NCBI GenBank assembly: GCA_016778305.1
Contig: JADHPT010000002.1
Coordinates: 3,649-67,648, forward strand
From: Poseidonia sp.
GTDB lineage: Archaea; Thermoplasmatota; Poseidoniia; Poseidoniales; Poseidoniaceae
Direction: 5' to 3'
DNA: 64,000 bases
The first letter of the stretch is position 1; each line of letters begins with the position of its first letter. Positions 59,066-64,000 of this stretch are shown in pieces. Made by a program: the position numbers and the translations under genes. The notes under the pieces were generated by a model that saw nothing but the letters and a program-made list of their open reading frames with translations, made no database searches and was not told the DNA's origin.

Positions 59066-60307
59066 TCAATGCTGTTGAGCATAGAAGTTTTGAACCACTG
59101 AGGTCACGGTTTGAATGTCCGAGATTCCACGCTCAGATAGGTCTTCGATGATGGCTTGCCGTTGGGAAACATGGCGTTCAAAGACATCAGGGGTTACACC
59201 GGCTGCGTTGCAAATCGTTTCACGCAATTTGGATGGGATTCCTGTTTCTTCAATTTGATCGGTCGCCGCATTGTACTTCCAGATGACATTCAATCGAGGT
59301 TTGTCGCCTTCCATTCCAGCCACCTCGGCGACTTCTGTGATCTTACGTGCAGTCTTCCCGTTCACGTGGAGGCGTGCTTGGATGATGATCAAATCAAGAC
59401 CACTGAGCATGATAGGAGGGACGCTCATTGGCGGATTGATCATGCGAGTCACCGTTTCTTGAGCAGTGTTAGCGTGCAGGGAACCGAAGGAACCGTCGTG
59501 ACCTGTGTTCATTGCGGTGAGCAATGTTGCACATTCAGGACCACGAACTTCACCGACGATGATACGATCAGGACGCATACGGAGACTTGACTTGAGGCAA
59601 TCGTTCATGTCGATCTCTTGTGTTCCATCGGGTCGCTCACGACGGGTTTCCATTCGCAACCAGTGGTCGTGATAGACTTGCAATTCAGCGGTGTCTTCCA
59701 CGGTTAGCAAACGACGTGACCAGGGGATGTACATCCCAAGGCAATTCAGCGTGGTGGTTTTACCGGACCCAGTACCACCAGCGATGACAAAGTTCGCAGG
59801 GCGGCTATCAAGGCCTTCAATCCAAACCCACATCATAGCGGCAAGACGAGCATTGACCGTTCCAAAGTTAACGAGGTCGATCATGGTGAGGGGGTCTTCC
59901 TTGAATTTACGAATCGTCAAGGTTGGCCCGTCAGGAGAGACAGGGGGAATGGTTCCGTTAACACGCGAACCATCGGGGAGACGACCGTCAAAGATTGGCA
60001 CCAGACCCGGGCCGTCGCCGAGAGGCACGTTGGTGAATGAGGCGATGTTTTTTGCAATCTGGAGGCCAGATTCATCATCGATCCAAATATTTGTTCTGCA
60101 CATACCGTGGTTGCGATGAGCTACTTTGACACATTGTACGCCTCCGTTATACATCACTTCTTCCAAATTATCATCTTCAAAAAGCGCTGCCAGGTCTCCA
60201 TATGGGTTGGCTTGGATGTCACCATCGACGTGGTAAATTGGTGAAGGGTGATTAGGCTCGGTGTATATGGTGACTCGTCCGTATTGTTCTAAAATCTGTT
60301 CTGACAT
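59066..60307 (-). CDS. Type IV pilus/secretion-type ATPase (ArlI/VirB11/TadA family).
   Basis: Walker A IAGGTGSGKTT. Asp box and His box. Walker B (RPDRIIVGEVRG). Confidence 0.8.
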   Translation of the reverse strand: MSEQILEQYGRVTIYTEPNHPSPIYHVDGDIQANPYGDLAALFEDDNLEEVMYNGGVQCVKVAHRNHGMCRTNIWIDDESGLQIAKNIASFTNVPLGDGPGLVPIFDGRLPDGSRVNGTIPPVSPDGPTLTIRKFKEDPLTMIDLVNFGTVNARLAAMMWVWIEGLDSRPANFVIAGGTGSGKTTTLNCLGMYIPWSRRLLTVEDTAELQVYHDHWLRMETRRERPDGTQEIDMNDCLKSSLRMRPDRIIVGEVRGPECATLLTAMNTGHDGSFGSLHANTAQETVTRMINPPMSVPPIMLSGLDLIIIQARLHVNGKTARKITEVAEVAGMEGDKPRLNVIWKYNAATDQIEETGIPSKLRETICNAAGVTPDVFERHVSQRQAIIEDLSERGISDIQTVTSVVQNFYAQQH

Positions 60308-60310
60308 GTA

Positions 60311-61042
60311 TTAACCTCCAACGGCTTTGACGGCTCCGAGATACAGACCCATTGAAACGGCCATCCACATTGGTAGCCACCACAAGGTATCTCTGAAACG
60401 ACCCATCATTCTTCCCGAAACACTGACACCAACGGCCGATGCTGCTGCAAAGAAATAACTGAATGTTTGATTGAATGAACTGATTTGGAAGCCTTTGCTT
60501 GCTGGAGCAAATAAGCCAACAATGAAGGCGATGAGAACAGGTAAGCCAACGCTTACAAAGAGAATGATGAGGATGCCACGACCCTGCAATTCACTTTCGC
60601 GACGATTCATCAAGTCGTTAAGACGCTCGTAATCACGGCTAAGATCTGCGAGGATGTCTCTCAATGATGAATCCTGTTGGATGGCCGTCTCAATCAAAAC
60701 CATCACTCGTTGAACTTGACTTGATCGAGTCTTTGCTGCAAAGGCTCCAAGGCTTGCTTCAAAGGAAGACGCGTGACTTTCTTTGAGCGTTTCTCCGAGC
60801 AGAGCAGCCAGAGGCCCGTCGTTCGCTTCCGATTGTTCCATCATGGCCTCTTGGAGGCCACGTCCTGCACCAACGGAATCTGAGAGGGCTTCAAGGAAGG
60901 TTGGCAATTCATTCTCAATGGCACGACGACGGCGACGTTCGAGCATGGGAGGGATGCCTCCGCCCGCGCATGCGATAGCGATGACGCCAATGTAGAGCAA
61001 GAGAGCAGAGTCATTGAAGGATTCGAGGAAGCCAAATATCAC
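60311..61042 (-). CDS. TadC/GspF-domain membrane platform protein, second half of a split ArlJ-like platform.
   Basis: T2SSF-like cytoplasmic domain followed by TM helices. Confidence 0.55.
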   Translation of the reverse strand: MIFGFLESFNDSALLLYIGVIAIACAGGGIPPMLERRRRRAIENELPTFLEALSDSVGAGRGLQEAMMEQSEANDGPLAALLGETLKESHASSFEASLGAFAAKTRSSQVQRVMVLIETAIQQDSSLRDILADLSRDYERLNDLMNRRESELQGRGILIILFVSVGLPVLIAFIVGLFAPASKGFQISSFNQTFSYFFAAASAVGVSVSGRMMGRFRDTLWWLPMWMAVSMGLYLGAVKAVGG

Positions 61043-61051
61043 GAAACCACC

Positions 61052-61639
61052 TCACAATCCTGGGTCTTTGGTATGCGCCTTAAGACCAATGAGCGCCATG
61101 CCGATGAGGGTTCCGATGAGCCCTATGTTGACGACTGAGTTGATGACTGCTGGTTCTGGCAGGGACATGAAGGCCCCTAAATCCCCCGACATAAGTTGCG
61201 GAACCAGACCAACGATCGCCAAAATGATTGGACCGATCATGCCAATGGAAAGAAGGGTTTCAGGGACACCACCTAATTCTTCAATGTATTTTTCGACTTC
61301 TTCGCTACGGTCCTCTTCCATCCGTGCTCCCTGTTTCTTGAGGGTTTCAACCAGATCTGTGTTCTGCGTCACATTGGTGTATAAGGTATTTAGAAGGCGT
61401 TTGTACCCTGCCGATTCAGCGATCTTCATTTGGGATTTGAGTTCGGGACCGAGTCCTCCGCTGTTTCCTTTTCGCAAGCGCTTCATCATGGCAGAAAAAT
61501 CTTCCGAGATGATGCCGTAGCCACCTTTCCCGATGGTGTGAATGGCGGCTTCCAATCCAACACCTGAGGACATGAGAACGTCCATGGTACGAATCACATA
61601 GAGCAGTTCTCTCTTTTCATCGAGTTTGCGCATGTTCAT
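61052..61639 (-). CDS. TadB/GspF-domain membrane platform protein, first half.
   Basis: T2SSF-like domain plus C-terminal TM helices. 9 bp upstream of the TadC-like gene. Confidence 0.55.
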   Translation of the reverse strand: MNMRKLDEKRELLYVIRTMDVLMSSGVGLEAAIHTIGKGGYGIISEDFSAMMKRLRKGNSGGLGPELKSQMKIAESAGYKRLLNTLYTNVTQNTDLVETLKKQGARMEEDRSEEVEKYIEELGGVPETLLSIGMIGPIILAIVGLVPQLMSGDLGAFMSLPEPAVINSVVNIGLIGTLIGMALIGLKAHTKDPGL

Positions 61640-61646
61640 CGGCCTC

Positions 61647-62021
61647 TCAAATCACGTCTTCAAGCAACTCAAAATGGAAGGTTTCATTCGAACTGTCATA
61701 CTCCATGACGGCAAAAATAACTTTGACATCCCGTTCTTCAAAGGGGTCGTGAATGTAGGGTTGTCCCGTTCGGAACATTGCAACAATTCGCTTGTAGTCT
61801 TCCATTGAAAGTTCGCCGTTCACGGTGTAGAGGGTTGATTCAGAACCCTCATCATGAAGGTCGTCGCCTTCTTGTCCGCGAATCACTGTTCGGGTCAAAC
61901 GACGGGTCATTCGAATTTTGATATCCGCATTTGGTATGCGAACCCAATCTGAACTTGATGTCCCAGAAGCGGGACGGATGAAGAAATCCATTCCTGACAT
62001 ATTGACCCCTACTCTTTGCAC
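61647..62021 (-). CDS. Hypothetical small protein.
   Basis: Open frame tightly linked between the RPA-associated protein gene and the TadB-like gene. Confidence 0.3.
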   Translation of the reverse strand: MQRVGVNMSGMDFFIRPASGTSSSDWVRIPNADIKIRMTRRLTRTVIRGQEGDDLHDEGSESTLYTVNGELSMEDYKRIVAMFRTGQPYIHDPFEERDVKVIFAVMEYDSSNETFHFELLEDVI

Positions 62022-62054
62022 AGCATGAGAGGGACTTCAATGTGTTGGACTGAT

Positions 62055-62981
62055 TTACTCGTTGGATGCAAGTCTGAACCAGCCAAATCTTGGTTCTTCA
62101 AGTTGCCCTGACTCGAGCAATTCTTCCAATATAGACTCCGCTTGCTCACGAAGATAGCCTCGTGCTGCAGCGTTCTTCAAGAGGGTGTCAAAGTCAACAC
62201 CTTCGCCTTGGTCCAATTGTTGAATCGCTTGCCTCAGGAACGATGTGAGCTCTTCGCCTGCATCTCCAGACCCTTCTTCCCCAGTGGGGAGTGACATCAC
62301 CGGTGGTGCGGTAGTGGCTGCTTCAATTCGCCCCTCAGCAATGTCAAGTGCTTGCATTAAGTTAAGTTTGAATGGTTCAAGATCAATTTCGCCATAGTGG
62401 TTTCGAGCAGCCAAAAGACTCGTATCGAGTTTCTGCCGCCCGTATGCCTCCATGGTCGGTTCTATTTCAAGCGATGACGTATAGGCATTCATCCGCTCCA
62501 TGGTGCTTTCACATGCATCCAACAGCCAGTTTGCATACACCTCTCGAGAGACTACACAAGCTTCTTCTGGACGAAGCGAAGTATAGACTGCCCCCTCGTC
62601 GGTTTGGTACCAACGGGACTTTGCAGTCATCATGACGAGCAAGGGCTCACCATCATCAATTCGCTCAACCCATTGGTGTGACAATTCCCTCATCATTTCC
62701 GAGTTATAATCCCCTACTGAGAAGTAATGGAGTCCGGTTGGATCACGGAGTTGCCCCTGAAACAGCGTTGAGCCATTGCTGGTCTCACGCAATTCGAGCC
62801 GCTCAAGAAGACCGGCTGCAACGACGCGATTGACTTTTGCACCAAGCTTGGTAATGACAAAAGACGGGTCATATTCGCCTGACCCTTTCTCGTGAAGGGT
62901 TGAACTGCCAAATTCAGAAGCGAGGAGAAGATGGGCAGGTTGACGCTGAATTCGTCGTGACTCCATCAAGCCCACCCCCAA
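62055..62981 (-). CDS. RPA-associated protein-like (OB-fold, acidic C-terminus).
   Basis: Lies immediately downstream of the RPA gene, overlapping it by 16 bp. Predicted OB-fold core with an acidic tail, as in euryarchaeal rpa-rpap operons. Confidence 0.4.
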   Translation of the reverse strand: MGVGLMESRRIQRQPAHLLLASEFGSSTLHEKGSGEYDPSFVITKLGAKVNRVVAAGLLERLELRETSNGSTLFQGQLRDPTGLHYFSVGDYNSEMMRELSHQWVERIDDGEPLLVMMTAKSRWYQTDEGAVYTSLRPEEACVVSREVYANWLLDACESTMERMNAYTSSLEIEPTMEAYGRQKLDTSLLAARNHYGEIDLEPFKLNLMQALDIAEGRIEAATTAPPVMSLPTGEEGSGDAGEELTSFLRQAIQQLDQGEGVDFDTLLKNAAARGYLREQAESILEELLESGQLEEPRFGWFRLASNE

Positions 62982-64000
62982 AGTACTCTCAATTCAGACG
63001 ACCGCATTTGAGCGTCCGACTCAACAATTTCAAGGCCGTCGCTTAGAACCATTGCTCCTTGGTCATCAACGATACTGCGTCCTGAGACGCTTACGGTGCG
63101 TCCAAGCATTTGTTCACGCAAGTGCTGGACAAAGCCAAGATCGCCCTTGTCCTCCACCATATCGCGCATGGCTTGCTCCGTCATACCGAGCAGAGTAAGA
63201 GTGGCTTCTTTGTTAACCAAGACCGCTGTCGTGGCGCCGGCATGGTCTACGACGAGACGCAGACGAATGTCTTCGTCGCCTTCATTGGCTCCGTGATCAG
63301 CACAACTACCATCGCGAAGGACGCGACGACATTCAGTGCAGCGCAGTATGAATCCTGAATCTTCCCGAACACTGACAACCATTCCCGTCGATTGAATACC
63401 GACACGGCTTGGCCCTTGAACCAAGTCTGAGAGGCTTACTTCGACGGCATGATTGGTCAAATCAAGCCCTTCGTCCCATGGCGTGGAATCGAGAATCTCA
63501 ACCTGGTCTGCTTTGTCCACAGTAATGTCAGGAATACCCTGCCACGCTCGGATGCGGACTCCTTTCAGTTTGACCGTGATCGGAAGAGCGCTTTCGTCGA
63601 AGGGGAGTTCTTCCCAGGCACTCATTCGGCATCGTCCAGAGGGGTCAGCAACTTGACCCGACCCGAGGAATTTCTCTTCCCCGTCACGGGTGAAACTTCG
63701 CTTTGTCCACTCAGTAATTTGAACAACTGCATCGACGTCTCTTGAGCCGTCTCGAAACGATGAGATTGTTTGCATGGTACTTTGAGAGAGGGTGTCGAGG
63801 TCCGAAAATTGAGCGTCATGGTAGATCTCGATACGAGTGGTGCGTCCAAAATTTAATTCGGGGGTATCACGGAAGCTGCGTACTTGTGCACCATCGATTT
63901 TCAGAAGAGTTCCGACTTCATGGTCAAAGGGCTCCCAAGAGAGAAAACCAATGGTTCCCGTTTCATCAGCGATACGGCCGCGAACGACATCAATAGACCC
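62966..64000 (-). CDS. rpa: Replication protein A large subunit-like (OB-folds plus Zn ribbon), 3' part. The gene continues beyond the window end.
   Basis: OB-fold segments and the CTECRRVLRDGSCADHG zinc ribbon. The minus-strand frame stays open through 64000 with a further OB-fold (GTIGFLSWEPFDHEVGTLLKIDGAQV). Confidence 0.6.
   Translation of the reverse strand, partial: GSIDVVRGRIADETGTIGFLSWEPFDHEVGTLLKIDGAQVRSFRDTPELNFGRTTRIEIYHDAQFSDLDTLSQSTMQTISSFRDGSRDVDAVVQITEWTKRSFTRDGEEKFLGSGQVADPSGRCRMSAWEELPFDESALPITVKLKGVRIRAWQGIPDITVDKADQVEILDSTPWDEGLDLTNHAVEVSLSDLVQGPSRVGIQSTGMVVSVREDSGFILRCTECRRVLRDGSCADHGANEGDEDIRLRLVVDHAGATTAVLVNKEATLTLLGMTEQAMRDMVEDKGDLGFVQHLREQMLGRTVSVSGRSIVDDQGAMVLSDGLEIVESDAQMRSSELRVLWGWA

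Overview
This 64 kb window reads as an archaeal chromosomal segment of about 50% GC, densely coded on both strands. It carries archaeal hallmark genes: ribosomal proteins L44e, S27e, L37e and L10e, aIF2-alpha, Nop10, ABCE1, an RPA with a Zn ribbon, a class-III-signal pilin, and the geranylgeranyl reductase plus GGPP synthase pair. Acidic proteins together with ETF, glutaryl-CoA dehydrogenase and MutS/MutL loosely suggest a marine Thermoplasmatota or MGII-like archaeon, but this is inference only. Most genes are housekeeping: msrA, a P5C dehydrogenase, tpiA, sucCD, tyrS, etfAB, purF, aroA, moaA and mutSL. I also found one tRNA-Ser(CGA), and an L37e gene absent from the ORF track, which lists no ORF under 60 aa. 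Five things stand out.

- **Low-GC island (13354..18196).** A ~4.9 kb island of about 35% GC sits seamlessly between sucD and a native-composition Pro-rich Zn-ribbon gene. It carries an archaeo-eukaryotic PrimPol, a Zn-ribbon membrane protein and a 927-aa DExH SF2 helicase.
- **Tandem nuclease-OB genes (38615..42222).** Two large paralogous genes fuse a Cas4/AddB-like Fe-S PD-(D/E)xK nuclease to a C-terminal OB-fold region. They lie between a SAMP/ThiS-like gene plus tRNA-Ser and ABCE1. A third, smaller Cas4-like paralogue (8447..9361) overlaps the stop of a 768-aa membrane protein by 4 bp.
- **Stand-alone MCM N-terminal domain protein (27523..28386).** It has the Zn finger and OB-fold but no AAA+ domain.
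- **Triple-SAP-domain protein (57324..59063).** It abuts a type IV pilus-like ATPase and split TadB/TadC locus, next to an RPA operon.
- **Probable frameshift in S27e.** It sits at a T-run at 36360..36362.

An in-frame 27-30 bp tandem repeat encodes PPGPKKSGG units. No CRISPR array, integrase or transposase was seen.
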